A DNA stretch of 64,000 nucleotides from Octopus vulgaris (Eukaryota). The position numbers were made by a program, and so were the translations under genes. Under the pieces are notes generated by a model. That model searched no databases. It saw nothing but the letters and a program-made list of their open reading frames with translations, and was not told the DNA's origin. The stretch lies in NCBI GenBank assembly GCA_951406725.2, contig OX597827.1, positions 39,680,001 through 39,744,000 on the forward strand. Reading direction: 5' to 3'. How positions within the stretch are numbered: the stretch's first letter is position 1; every line of letters starts with the position of its first letter. Positions 1 through 12,130 of the stretch are shown piece after piece.

Positions 1-223
1 ATTATTATTTTTATTATGGTTCAACACAACATATTCTGCTGATCTATCATTCTAATTATTGACGATGATGAAGTTGATGATAATAGTAATAATGGCTTCA
101 AATTTTAGCAGAAGGGGTAAGTAATTTTAGGGGAAGGAGTAAGTCGATTACCTCAACCACAGTGTTCAACTGGTACTAACTTTATCAACTCTGAAAGAAT
201 GACAGGTAATGTTGACATCAGTG

Positions 224-272
<49 letters not shown>

Positions 273-290
273 AATAATAATAATAATAAT

Positions 291-522
291 AGGGAATTGC
301 TCATATCCTACACAAAATACTTTCTATGTAATCTCAAGTTAAAACAAACATAATTTTCATGTTTTTTTTTTTAGACATTCACTAGTACAACACTAAATAC
401 AAAACCAAATATATGGCACACTAGGCATAACAACAACATGAACTTCGACCTGTTGTCTCTTGAGGTCTCTGGGTGAGACTTGGAGCCAATTTGTACAAAT
501 ATAAAGCAAAAGTCAAACATAG
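291..522 (+). mobile_element. 3' end of an R4/Dong-like non-LTR retrotransposon (5'-truncated) in a (TAA)n tract
   Basis: Translates GIAHILHKILSM* (typical GTAxILRxxL C-terminus of R4/Dong ORFs), then a 3' UTR; (AAT)n on both sides. Confidence 0.7.
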
Positions 523-539
523 AATAATAATAATAATAC

Positions 540-912
540 TATTAGACTAATAGGTGTAAGTGTTCCCACTGATAAAACTATATCTGTAAAGGAATTTGAT
601 AGATTAAGTAAATATAAGGACCTGGAAATTGAAATACAAAAGATGTGGTATCTTAAAGCAAGAACTGTTCCTGTTATTGTGGGTGCTCTAGGTATGATAA
701 GAAAGGGATGTCAGTACTGCCCACATCCTTAGAAAAACCCTATCAGTTTAAATGTATGTATTGTATTACATGAAGGTATTTCACTACTGCCCTTGCTACT
801 TCCCCTCCCCAAGCTTTCATTCATACTGTAACATCTCTTATCCTTCACTCGTCCTAGGATTCTGGGTGTATCCTAGGCAAGTGATTGTAACAAACATGCA
901 GATTAAAAGTAA
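540..912 (+). mobile_element. R4/Dong-like retrotransposon fragment, C-terminal restriction-like endonuclease region plus 3' UTR
   Basis: From 541: IRLIGVSVPTDKTISVKEFDRLSKYKDLEIEIQKMWYLKARTVPVIVGALGMIRKG, then after a deletion TAHILRKTLSV*. Matches the KY.DL..EI..MW...VPV..GALG pattern; flanked by (AAT)n. Confidence 0.85.
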
Positions 913-921
913 ATAATAATA

Positions 922-1155
922 ATGGTTTAAATTTTGGCATAAGGCCAGCAATTTTAGGAGAGGAAAGAAGTCAATTATATCAACCCCAGTGCTCAACTGC
1001 TACATATTTCATCAATTACTTATTTCCACAACCTAAAAGGCTGAAAGGCAAAGTCAGCCTTCATAGAATTTGAACTCAGACTGCAAAGAGCCAGAAAAAT
1101 ATGCTACTAAGCATTTTCTCCAACATGCTAATGATTCTGCCAGCTAGCAGCTTTA
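922..1155 (-). mobile_element. SINE family B (tRNA-like head, (ATT)n tail), degenerate
   Basis: Reverse complement of the family B copy at 25348-25582 (tttgaactcag, gaaaggcaaagt, ccccagt); lies between (AAT)n runs. A shorter copy is at about 95-225. Confidence 0.8.
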
Positions 1156-1729
1156 GTGATAATAATAATAATAATAATAATAATAGTTACTATTTAACAT
1201 TTACCACAAGCACATATACTGCATATCTAAGTGGGAGGAGAGAATATGACAAAGAGAATACGAAAGAAAAGAAAATTTATAGTCATTAAAAAAAATAAGA
1301 GATTCACACATTAGTACAAGGTGACACATTTCATGGGAAGAACAAAGACAATTAAGTTGGCTCCAGTATTTGGCAGGTATTTTTTATAGATCCACCCACA
1401 CTGAATGATAAAAGGCAACGTGAACCTTCATGGGCTTTGATCTCAGAACATAAAGAAAGCTAACTAACCATCACGTGTATTTCTCAATGCACTATAAATT
1501 CTGTCAAGCCATCGGCCCCTGTAATGGAAAGTGCAATCTGTATATCATCAGTATTAGCACCATTACAATAGGTTTCATATCCATTTTACCATAATGGTAA
1601 TCAGCAAGACAAGTCTATGGAACAAGAACCACTTACTACCATGAGAGAGAGCTAATGAGAGGGAACTAACAAGAGGGTCTCTATAAAGTCACTAAACCTG
1701 CTAGAAATAGCAGCCAAATCTCCCTCCAG

Positions 1730-1900
1730 TCATCATCATCATTTAGCGTCTACTTTCCATGCTGGCATGGGTTAGATGGTTTGACTGAAACTGATAAGCT
1801 GGAAAGCTGCACCAAGTTCCAGTTTGATTTGGCATGGTTTCTATGGCTGGATGCCCTTCCTAATGACAACCACTCCAAGCATGTAATGAGTGCTTTTCAA
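1730..1900 (-). mobile_element. RTE-type LINE/SINE 3' tail (family C)
   Basis: (CAT)n + tttccatgctggcatgggtt...ggatgcccttcctaatg; same sequence as the 3' end of the RTE LINE at 42139. Confidence 0.8.
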
Positions 1901-2233
1901 AGAAACAACATAATAAATCAGAAATATTAAATTTCTAAATCTCTCATAGAGATATGTATGGTGGTGGGGGCGATAGAATAGTTGTATACTGTCAATCTAA
2001 CGTGAACGTGACAGTATACAACCAACATAATAAATAATATATTCCTAAACAGATAGGAAGGTCCTGGAAAGAATGCCTTTTGTCATAGAGCTGCCCGAAA
2101 AAAGTTGACCTGGGGTTGGACAACATCAGCCATTTTCTCTGTGACATCTTTTATCTTCCCTAGGCTGCTTTCTTTCTAGATCTACTGTTTTACTATGGAA
2201 CATTTTGTACTGTTCTGTCTTCAGTGAACATAT

Positions 2234-2660
2234 CTAGCCTTTTCATTATCCTGTTTTCCTTGAAAGACACTACTGTATTTGATTTAATTTTTGAAAATAA
2301 TGAAAAATTTAGTCAAATGAACATCATACTGAGTTGGTGTTTGAAACGCAAATTAACATGAAATTTCAGTGAAAGGTTTTAAATCTAAATTACTTTAACC
2401 ATTCAGACTACTTTGTCAATTGTAAAGCTTATTTATTCGCATTATTTTGAATTTCTCACGCATTGTCTCATGGCTCTGAGATTCCAGTGATGTGATAGGT
2501 GAATTTTAGAATGATTCTGTAGTGTAGATGTGAGAGGCTGGATCTGGCCAATTTGAATATAAAAAAGAATATTTGGGCTGGATATGGTTAATTCAAAAGC
2601 TAAAGTTTAAAGCAGGTGGAACCAGGGGCGGTCTTAGTGGGTTCGTATCAAAAGGATTAA
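2234..2660 (+). mobile_element. piggyBac-type MITE (outer), copy 1, with an inner MITE at 2395-2610
   Basis: Right end gtatcaaaaggaTTAA, decayed left end ctagccttttcattatc; homologous to 7074-7526 and, reversed, to 48218-48419. Confidence 0.7.
2395..2610 (-). mobile_element. piggyBac-type MITE (inner), reverse orientation
   Basis: Bounded by TTAA at 2395 and 2607-2610; reverse complement of 7236-7463 (gtgagaggctggatctggcc vs ccagccagatctagcctctcac). Confidence 0.75.
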
Positions 2661-2889
2661 GGGAGGATTTCCACTTGTAGTGTATTTGGCAGACAAGCTT
2701 TAACAATAGATTCTTATGACTGGATGTTTGCTCTTCCTGATATGTGCAGCAATGCCCTCGCTGCAGTTGTTGTTCTCGCTATTGTTGTTGTCGTTGCTGT
2801 AATCAAGTGAAATGAACAAACACAGAGAGGCCTGTATTGATGTGTTTGTATCATGGTCTGTTGGTTCTGTGAGTCATTTTTTTTTCTTT

Positions 2890-3640
2890 CTATCACAACC
2901 ATCACAAACCATTCCCCACCACTGCCAACATCTCCCACCACAGCCAGCTTACCATGCCATCGCTGTCACAGAACTATTACCACCACGTCCACTACTGATG
3001 CTGTACAACAACTATCACATCATTATCATCATTGCTATCTCTACTCCACATCCTATTGCAACAACGGAATTAACTCACTTTCTAACAACACACCACCACC
3101 ATCTCCACCATCACCACCACCACCAGAACTAACTCACTTTCCAACAACACCACCACCACCATTACCACCAACTCCACTGCCGCCTCCGCCACCACCGCCA
3201 GCACTACTACCATCAGCATTGAAGCTGCCATCACTGCTATCATGATCAATGTAGCCACTACCACTACCACTACCATTACCATCACCATCATCGTTGTAGC
3301 CATCATGACCACCACCACCACCATCAATGAAACCACTACCACAAATGCAACTACCATCTTTAATGCAGCTACCAACACCACTACCATCAATGTAGCCATC
3401 ACCACCACCACCACCATAAATGTAGCTATCACTGCGACCATGACCATCAATGACTCTGTCACCACCACCACTACCACCACCATCATTGTTGCTGCCAGAA
3501 CCACCATGTCAATGCCTTCATACCACCACCATCAAAAGAACCATTCTGATCACAACATAATATGAGTACATCACCAGCACTGCTACCACTACTACTACTA
3601 CTGCCACCCATTCATTCACCACCACCGCACCACCATCACA
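2890..3640. repeat. ACC/CAC/ACT-rich low-complexity tract with degenerate ~36-bp units (accaccaccatcaatgtagccatc)
   Basis: Visible trinucleotide-derived repeats; source of the poly-T/P/V ORFs. Confidence 0.85.
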
Positions 3641-4034
3641 TTTAAATAAGAATTTGACAAGTTGCAGGCCATGACTTTACATGATCAGATTTGAATGGTA
3701 ACTAAACAAAAACAATAACCACAAGAGTTGCAGGAATAACATCAACCAGAAGAGGGAAAAAAAAAAGCTAGAAAAAAAAAAAAACACTTAGAGAAGTAAA
3801 ATACTTAAACAGTAGGAAAAAGCTATGAAAAGACACAGAGACATCATCATCAACAACAACAACAACAAGCCAGCAGCATATAACCTCCAATGAACTCCAG
3901 ATGAAGATAGACATCAAAGAGTTCAATCTCATCAGTGGTCCCCAATGCAGTGATGTGTACATGAAAAACCTAACATCTTGAGAATCTCACTTTATCATCA
4001 TTTTAATGTTTGCTTTCCAGCCGGGCATGGTACA

Positions 4035-4096
4035 ATACATGCATACACATATACCCCTTTTACATATATACACATATACATATGTTTAAATACACT

Positions 4097-4144
<48 letters not shown>

Positions 4145-4267
4145 TTGATAAGCATATATCTCTCTATATATATATATACATACACACACACACACACACA
4201 CACGCACACAAAGGGAAATACACAAACATATATAAATATATATACTGTCATGTATACATGCATGTGC

Positions 4268-4299
<32 letters not shown>

Positions 4300-4560
4300 A
4301 TATATATTATACAAATACATACACACACAGGGAAATACACAAACATATATAAATACTTATACAGTCATGTATACATGCATGCATATATACATACATACAC
4401 ACACACACATATGCAAACATAAATATGCATACATCTATATGCATATATGTATATGTGCACAAACACATGCATAAACTACACATACATTTACACAAACACA
4501 CACACACATAAATATTTTGCTTACTTGCTTTTTTATACACACACACACATTTCAAACATT
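4035..4560. repeat. Compound (TA)n/(CA)n microsatellite containing a duplicated block
   Basis: gggaaatacacaaacatatataaata...gtcatgtatacatgcatg occurs at about 4212 and 4330. Confidence 0.85.
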
Positions 4561-4617
4561 ATATATAACCTCTTGACTATCAAGAAGTGATCATACCACA
4601 AACTCTCTTCCTTTCAG

Positions 4618-4722
4618 ATGCAGAAAACGAACATCAAAGAACCCAGACAATCCACCACTGGAAACTTTCCTATTCCTGTTAGGTTAAAAATTTTCACAAC
4701 CATCCAAGATAGCACAATGGCG
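4618..4722 (+). CDS. Candidate host exon (105 nt, phase 0/0), MQKTNIKEPRQSTTGNFPIPVRLKIFTTIQDSTMA
   Basis: Acceptor ctctcttcctttcag, donor GCG|gtaagt, length divisible by 3, only frame 0 open, non-repetitive. No recognisable homology. Confidence 0.35.
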
Positions 4723-4899
4723 GTAAGTCTCAGAAAGATTGTGAGCATCTGCTGAAGTTCACTGCGTCCAAACTCCTGGATATCAATGTGAAATTGTTGT
4801 ACAGAAATAACAAGCAGCACTAATCATGCATATACATAAACAGGCATATGTGTACACACACACATGCATGCACTATTCCTGGCAAGACCACTCACAAGT

Positions 4900-5280
4900 A
4901 GGAGTGGCTGCGTGGTAAGTAGCTTGCTTACGAACCACATGGTTCCAGTTCAGTCCCACTAAGTGGCACCTTGGGCAAGTGTCTTCTCGGGCCGACCAAA
5001 GCCTTGTGAGTGGATTTAGTAGATGGAAACTGAAAGAAGCCCATCGTATATATGTATATATATATGTGTGTGTGTGTGTATATGTTTGTGTGTCTGTGTG
5101 TGTCCCCCCAACATCGCTTGAAAACCGATGCTGGTGTGTTTACATCCCTGTAACTTACCAGTTCGGCAAAAGAGTAAGAACTAGGCTTACAAAGAATAAG
5201 TCCTGGGGTTGATTTGCCTGACTAAAGGCGGTGCTCCAGCATGGCCAAAGTCAAATGACTGAAACAAGTAAAAGAGTAAG
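4900..5280 (+). mobile_element. SINE family A, near full length (tRNA-like head, internal TA/TG microsatellite, gtaaaaga tail)
   Basis: A-box-like tggctgcgtgg, B-box-like gttcagtccc, ggcaccttgggcaagtgtcttct, tail ggtgctccagcatggcc...tgactgaaacaagtaaaagag; about 15 homologous copies in the window. Confidence 0.9.
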
Positions 5281-5338
5281 TACATTTTGAGCACCTTGTC
5301 TAACCATGCCGTTTTATACATTACACATACATATAGTA

Positions 5339-5380
<42 letters not shown>

Positions 5381-6343
5381 GTGTGTGTGTGTTTGTGTGT
5401 GTCTAAGTATATGGCATAATGACCAATGTTTTAGCATCAGTGCTTTCCTTGTTAGCATGGAATAAATGTGTCTGTCATAAATGTAAATTCTCATCTGTCT
5501 TAGCCTTCTGCTGTCTCGCAACTTCCGTCCTCCAGCATCCTGACACCCGACCCTCCCTCCTCTCTATGTTTACTTCAGTCTTCCTTTTCCATAGGCATCT
5601 TTCACTAATGCCACACATCTCCCCTTCATCCATCATCTATCACCTTTTATGTTCAACTTCACTCAGCACCCTTATAGTCTGAATTTTATGCAGACCAATA
5701 TTACATACCTAGTAATTAATGCTGGCCTCGTTTTCCCTCCAGTTTCTACAGAACTGTCACATTCAGTGGTTACATTTCACTAAAAGAATTCTATTTTCCC
5801 CATCAACAACAACAGATTTGATAATAATGTATATTTACTTTTTGATTCCTTCATTATTTATTGAGCAAGTATAACGAAGCATGATGCTTTGGTGATGAGC
5901 TCTGAATAAAACCAGAACATGTCTAGACTTGTCTCTTGTATAGAAGAGAAAAATAAAAATGATATTATAGATTAGCTAATATATTTTCATCTCCCTCACT
6001 GTGCATTTATTTGTAGTTGACCTTTTAATGTTCCTTGTATTACATATATTGAATTACCTTTATTTACTACAGTTTGCATTTTAGATGGAGAGAGAACACC
6101 TTTTTGCCAACTGAAATAAATGCACCCTGGGTATCTTCCCCTCCATTTTCACTCTTGTAACTATATTTTTTACTACAACCACACCTAGGAGTAATTACAT
6201 CACCTACCAAATAGAAACTATTAAAAAGTATCTTGTGAGCCATTTAGAAATAGTGACAATATATACAAACATGTATATATCCATATACACAGACACAAAA
6301 ACATAGATGTATGCAAATGCATATTAACATATAGACATAAACA

Positions 6344-6380
<37 letters not shown>

Positions 6381-6614
6381 TAATATATATATCTGCACAC
6401 ATAGCTAAAGACACATATACATTTACACACACACATAAATATAAATAGAGCTTACAATCAAAGTAAAACCAAATTCTAGTACTAAATGACTTAGCAAAGA
6501 TCTCTATAGAGGTAAAAGAAAAAAAAATAAATCTAGAGAATTGACATAGGGGAGCACATCCTCACTAACATTGCTTAATGATTGTCATAAAATATGTTTC
6601 AAACACAGAAGTAC

Positions 6615-6797
6615 ATGTAAAAAGCACCCAGTACACTCTGCAAAGTGGTTGGCATTAGGAAGGGTATCCAGCTTTAGATACCATGCCAAAACAGACAAGT
6701 GGAGCCTAGCATATCCCTTTGGCTTACCAATTCCTGTCAAACCATTCAACCCATACCACCATGGAAAACAGACATTAAATCATGATGGTGATGATGA
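6615..6797 (+). mobile_element. RTE-type 3' tail (family C)
   Basis: gtggttggcattaggaagggtatccagc...catggaaaacagacattaaatcatgatggtgatgatg. Confidence 0.75.
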
Positions 6798-7073
6798 GCC
6801 CCTGGCATATATCTGAACTTTAATGGCAAAATCAGAACCACAGTCACCCGAAGAGATTTCATTTCTGACTGTATAAACTCCAGTTTAATGCAATTCTCAC
6901 CACATCTTTTTATATTATTGAAAGCCACAGACTGTACATACAAAGAAAGCTAATTTGGGCGACTGAAACACTCCTACATGAATATCAACCAGTCAAAAGT
7001 GTTCCAAAACACTATCATCCGTAACAGAGATATCATGGAGACTGTCCTCATTTTAATTACTACAGAAGATTGA

Positions 7074-7526
7074 TTAATTCTTTTGTGACAGTGTTTCTGT
7101 TGCAACACAGTGGTTTTGTTTCAATTAATTTTGAAGATAATGAAGAAATTAATGAAATAATTTTGTCATCAGTGAGTTGGCATTTCAAGCATGAAGTAAC
7201 ATGAAATTTTGATGGAAGATTTTATTTAGATCACTTTAACTCTTTAGCATTTAAACTGACCATATCCAGCCCAAATATTCTACCCGCTTTATATTCAAAC
7301 CAGCCAGATCTAGCCTCTCACACATAACCTACAATGTCATTCTAAAATTAAACAATTTCATCATCAAAATTAGGAAGCTATGAGATAAAGCATGATTAAT
7401 TAAAACCAATGTGAATAAATAAGCATTACATTTGACAGAGTAATTTGAATGATAAAGGGTCAAAAACAGGAAGTTTATGTCATAGAACCAGGAGCAGTTC
7501 CAAACAGTTGGTATCAAAAGGATTAA
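7074..7526 (+). mobile_element. piggyBac-type MITE (outer), copy 2, with an inner MITE at 7236-7463
   Basis: TTAA at 7074 and 7523-7526; right end ggtatcaaaaggaTTAA; homologous to 2234-2660 and 48218-48419. Confidence 0.75.
7236..7463 (+). mobile_element. piggyBac-type MITE (inner), forward orientation
   Basis: Ends TTAActctttagcatt ... aatgataaagggTCAA are imperfect terminal inverted repeats on a TTAA target. Confidence 0.8.
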
Positions 7527-7710
7527 CCCAAACTGAGCTGACCATGTGTCCTACATGTTGAATAATTTATTGATGCAACAAATCTTGGAATGACAAATCT
7601 TTCTGTAAAAACCATGCCAAAACTGACTTCACCTGTGTTGGTGCCACGTAAAAAGTACTAAGTCCAATCTACAGGGCGGGTGGCATTAGGAAGGGCATCC
7701 AGATGTAAAT

Positions 7711-7929
7711 ACCTATTTCTTTACTACCACAAGGGGCTACACACAGAGGAGACAAACAAGGACAGACAAATGGATTAAGTCAATTATATCAACTCCTGTG
7801 CGTAACTAGTACTTATTTAATCGATCCCGAAAGGATGAAAGGCAAAGTTGACCTTGGCGGAATTTGAACTCAGAACATAAAGACAGACGAAATACCACTA
7901 AGCATTTCACCCAGCATGCTAACGTTTCT
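7711..7929 (-). mobile_element. SINE family B inserted into a family C tail with a ~20-bp target-site duplication
   Basis: aagggcatccagatgtaaat (7691-7710) and aagggcatccagctgtaaat (7931-7950) flank the element; host family C spans about 7610-8060 on +. Confidence 0.9.
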
Positions 7930-9065
7930 GAAGGGCATCCAGCTGTAAATGCCATACCAAAACAGATATCGTAGCCTGGTGCATTCTTCCACCTGGCCGG
8001 CTTCTGGCAAACCATCCAACCCATGCCAGCATGGAAGATGGTCGTTAAATGATGATGATGATATTAATGTTCCAGTAGGGGAACTGGAAATTCATTCTAA
8101 AGATTCCTTGAAAATACCCCCACCTCTTAAATTTTTACACCAACATCAAACTGCGTGGAACCCAATTGGATTGCTTGAACCTGGTGAGTCACAGTTTTCC
8201 ATCCACCACACTTTGAAGGATCTGCAAATATTATGGGTGATGGCCCTTCAACTTGTGACTAAGGCATAAGAAAAAGGAATAAAATATGAAAAATTCATTG
8301 AATTTCATTATTTGTGGAATTCTGAACACACAAATGGAACCAGAGCTGCTGAGGAGAAGGAGTGGGGTGGGGCGGGGCGTGTGGGTTGGGGTAGAATGTG
8401 CTTAAACTACAAACAGAAATAATTGTCAATAAGGAGGGAGTCTGCTGAAACATTAAAAATCAATCATGCATAAAAAAGGCCAGACATAAAACTATGGGGA
8501 CAGGAAGATAAGAGACAGTGGCGGTGGGGGGGGGGGGGTACAACAAGTTGTTGTAGTAGTAGAAGTAGTAGTAGTAACACGAAAATGAGGAGGAGGATGA
8601 GGAGGCAGAAGAACAACAAACACAACACAAAAACAAAAACTTGAAAACCAAGACAGAAGGAAGAGCTATCTCCAAGCTTGACATTAAAAGTAAGTAAAAA
8701 AAAAAAAGAAAAAAGAAAAACAAAGGAAACAAAATGGTGTCTATGATCGTCTGGCAACCATTGGTACAAACTGATACATTAGCTCAAATGTAGAGATCAA
8801 TAGAGTAGTCAGATTAAAACAGATCAAATATTGGTTCAGAATATCTGATATCAGTGGTTAACTACCTATATATTGATTCACTTATCAAAAGTGAGCTGCA
8901 TAGATTGAAGAAATGGGAAATGGGGATGGTACTGAAGGTGAGCCAAATATGCTAATTCTTGAGTATGTGAGTGTGTCTGCCGGTGTCTCTACACGTGTTT
9001 ATGCATGTGCAAGCATGCATGCATGCATATGTATGAACACATGTGTGCATGGATGCAAATGCATG

Positions 9066-9282
9066 TTTACTCTTTTACTGCTTTACTCGTTTCAGTCATT
9101 TGACTGTGGCCATGCTGGAGCACCGCCTTTTAGTCAAGCAAATCGACCCCAGGACTTATTCTTTGTAAGCCTAGTACTTATTCTATCGGTCTCTTTTGCC
9201 AAATCGCTAAGTTACGGGGGACGTAAACACACCAGCATCAAGTGACGTTGGGGGAACAAACATATACACACACATACATACA

Positions 9283-9320
<38 letters not shown>
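9066..9320 (-). mobile_element. SINE family A, 3' half
   Basis: ttcagtcatttgactgtggccatgctggagcaccgcc...gaccccaggacttattctttgtaagcc, ending in the internal microsatellite. Confidence 0.9.
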
Positions 9321-9324
<4 letters not shown>

Positions 9325-9432
9325 GATTAATCTGCTGAAATTGCGAGGATGATCCAGTTCTTGACTGAGGATAAGATGAAATACCACTAAGCATTTTGCC
9401 TGGCATGGTAACAATTTTACCAGCTCGCCACC

Positions 9433-9465
<33 letters not shown>

Positions 9466-11054
9466 GTCATAATAAGGTGCCTTGTGGTAGTACTGAAGCC
9501 AGAACTTCTTAGCACACAGCTGCACCTGCACATGTGCTTCTATACAAGACACAGTGAATATGGATGGACACACACACACATATATATCTTATGAAAGAGG
9601 AGGTATTAGAATTTTGGATAATTATTTATTTAACACTTTCATCTCATTTCAGAGAATCATAAAGAATGAGTGCATGTGTGTGTGTATTATATATACACAC
9701 ATTCACCCATACACACTTGAGATGGCCACATCAGTTAATATATTCTACTTAGAAAAGTATGAAAAGAAGAGAAAGAGAGAAGGGGAGAGTAAGGTGAACA
9801 ATGTAGAGAGGGAGCAGAAAGCAAAGGTGTTAAATAGAAGAAAGGGGACAGAGGGAATAAAATAGAAATAAAGGCGTAAAGAAGGATTAAAATGTGGGAG
9901 TAAAAGAGGATGTAAACAATGACAGAGGAGTCAAAAGGTTGGTGGTTCATAGCCTTCCACTGGTATTATTCTGTATCTGGGACAAATTGGTCCTTGTTAA
10001 TGGATATTACAAGTTTCTTTGAGATACCACTGTAGCAGTGGCAGCACTGTCACACTGCTGCGAGTTTCTTTGGTTGGTTTCTAGAGGTGGGTTTAATTTT
10101 TCTCTATAAATGTGGTGGTGGACAGATTGAAGGAAGATGTGAGCCAGAATGATGAGATTATGGAAATTAATGAGAATGTCAATTCTTTGACTTGTCTAGC
10201 TTCTTTGGCATCCATCTGGAAAATAGGTCTGAAATATTCTATAGAGGAAAGAATGAGGGAGAGAGAGAGAGAGAATAAAAGGGGGAATGTAAAAGACAAA
10301 AAGAGAAAGGAAGAGGGAGAGAAAAAATGTAAGTGGGAGAGAAGGAGAGTAAGAAGGAAAGGAGGAATGTAAAGGAAGAAAAGATGAGTAAGAGCAAAGA
10401 CAAAAATATGGGGGGAGAGGGCAGGACTGCAGGTGTTTTGAGCAGAAGCAAGAAGTGAGAATGAATCATAAGAATGACTGGACATAGCTGACTAATATTG
10501 GGGTTGAAGGGGAAAGAGGTGATGGGAAGCCATTTAGGCAGGAGGCTGGGTCAGCCTTTGGATAATAATAGGTCCCTATTCAGTGATTCAATGATGAAGG
10601 AGGTCTTTGATACCTGCCAATACTTTTGGGACATTGTTTGTTTGTTTGATAAGGTCTAGTTCACAGCCTAGATCAAACCAGCCTGCCACCTTCTCCTGGA
10701 ATGAAGGAGGTCTGTAAACATTGCCAGAGTTTGACTCAAAATTAGAAGTTATTAATTTCTTGTTAATCTGATAATGCTTAGCTTCCTCGGGACCTAATCA
10801 CAATGAAGCAGACTGAGCTGTTAAAAGGTGAACACCTTGGCCATAATCACAGCATGGCGCTGGTGATTGGATGATGGGAATTAATAGTTCATTCTTCCCT
10901 TGGGTGTCCACTATCACATTTGGGAAGTGTGTGTGTGTGTGTGTGAATGAGTGTATCTTTGTGTGTACATACACAAAGAGTTTTCTTTGAGAATTATAGG
11001 ACATTTTAGCATAAAACTTCCTTATTGAATAATGCATTTTAATAATAATAATAA

Positions 11055-11610
11055 TAATGGTTTCAAATTTTGCCACAAGGGCAGCAGTTTTGGGGGAGGG
11101 GATGAATCAATTATATCGAACCCAGTGTTCAACTTGTACTTATTTTATTGACTCTGAAAAGATGAAAGGTAAAGTCAACCTCAGTGGAATTTGAACTCAG
11201 AATGTAGTGATGGGCAAAATACAGCTTAGCATTTCGACCAGCATGCTAACGATTCTACCAGCTTGCCACCTTAATAATAATAATAATAATAATAGTGCTT
11301 TCTACTATATGCATAAGGCCTGAAATTTTTTTTTTGGGGGGGACTAGTCGATTACATTGACCCCAATGGTACTTAATTTATTGACCCCGAAAGAATAAAA
11401 GGCAAAGATACCTTAGCGGAATTTGAACTCAGAACAAAGACAGATGAACAATAATAATAATAACAATAATAATAATAACCTTCCTGCAATAGGCACAAGG
11501 CCTGAAAATTTTGGTGGGATGGGTTACACAAATTTCAATGACCCCCATTGCTCGGCTGATACCTATTTTATCATCCTCAAAAGGATGAAAGGCAAATTTC
11601 AGGAAGCATG
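11055..11610 (-). mobile_element. Three tandem SINE family B copies separated by (AAT)n
   Basis: Copies at about 11057-11272, 11298-11445 and 11480-11605, each with cacaagg/cataagg...gaaaggcaaa/gaaaggtaaa motifs. Confidence 0.85.
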
Positions 11611-11799
11611 GAATTTTTAAAGATATAGAATTCTGACAGCTAACAACTAATTCAGGTAGTTTATACCATGCTATTGACGATTCTGAGTGCTAAAAGTTAT
11701 TTCTGAAAGTCTTGGGTGCTGTTCTGTTTCTTAATTTTATAAGCACATTTATGGGTGGCAGAAATTGTGAATTCCCAAATGTGGTCGATGTTGTTCATA

Positions 11800-12130
11800 C
11801 CCACTGTCTGGCACCTTGGGTAATTGTACTCTATAGCCCCAGGCCGATCAAGGCCATATGAGTGGATTTGATAGATGGAAACTGAAAGAAGCCTATCATG
11901 CATATGTGTGTGTGTGTGTGCATTTGTTCCTTTCCACCACATGACAACTGGTGTTGGTATGTTTACATCCCCATAGCTTAGTGGTTTGGCAAAAGAGACC
12001 AATAGAATAAGTACCAGGTTTTAAAAAATAATAAGTACAGGGGTTGATTCTTTTGACTGAAAATTCTTCAAGGCAGGGCCCCAGCATGGCCGCAGTCTAA
12101 TGACTGAAACAAGTAAAAAATAAAAGATAA
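11800..12130 (+). mobile_element. SINE family A, older subfamily
   Basis: ggcaccttggg...ggaaactgaaagaagcc (TG)n ...ccccagcatggccgcagtctaatgactgaaacaagtaaaa. Confidence 0.85.

Noticed and set aside
2812-3565. Pro/Thr/His/Val-rich ORFs resembling mucin, formin or membrane proteins
   Set aside because: Several frames on both strands are open because ACC/CAC repeats lack stops; no convincing splice or domain evidence.
8100-8190. Possible exon ending at CCTG|gtgagt
   Set aside because: Good donor but no convincing acceptor, and the upstream ORF comes from an RTE tail.
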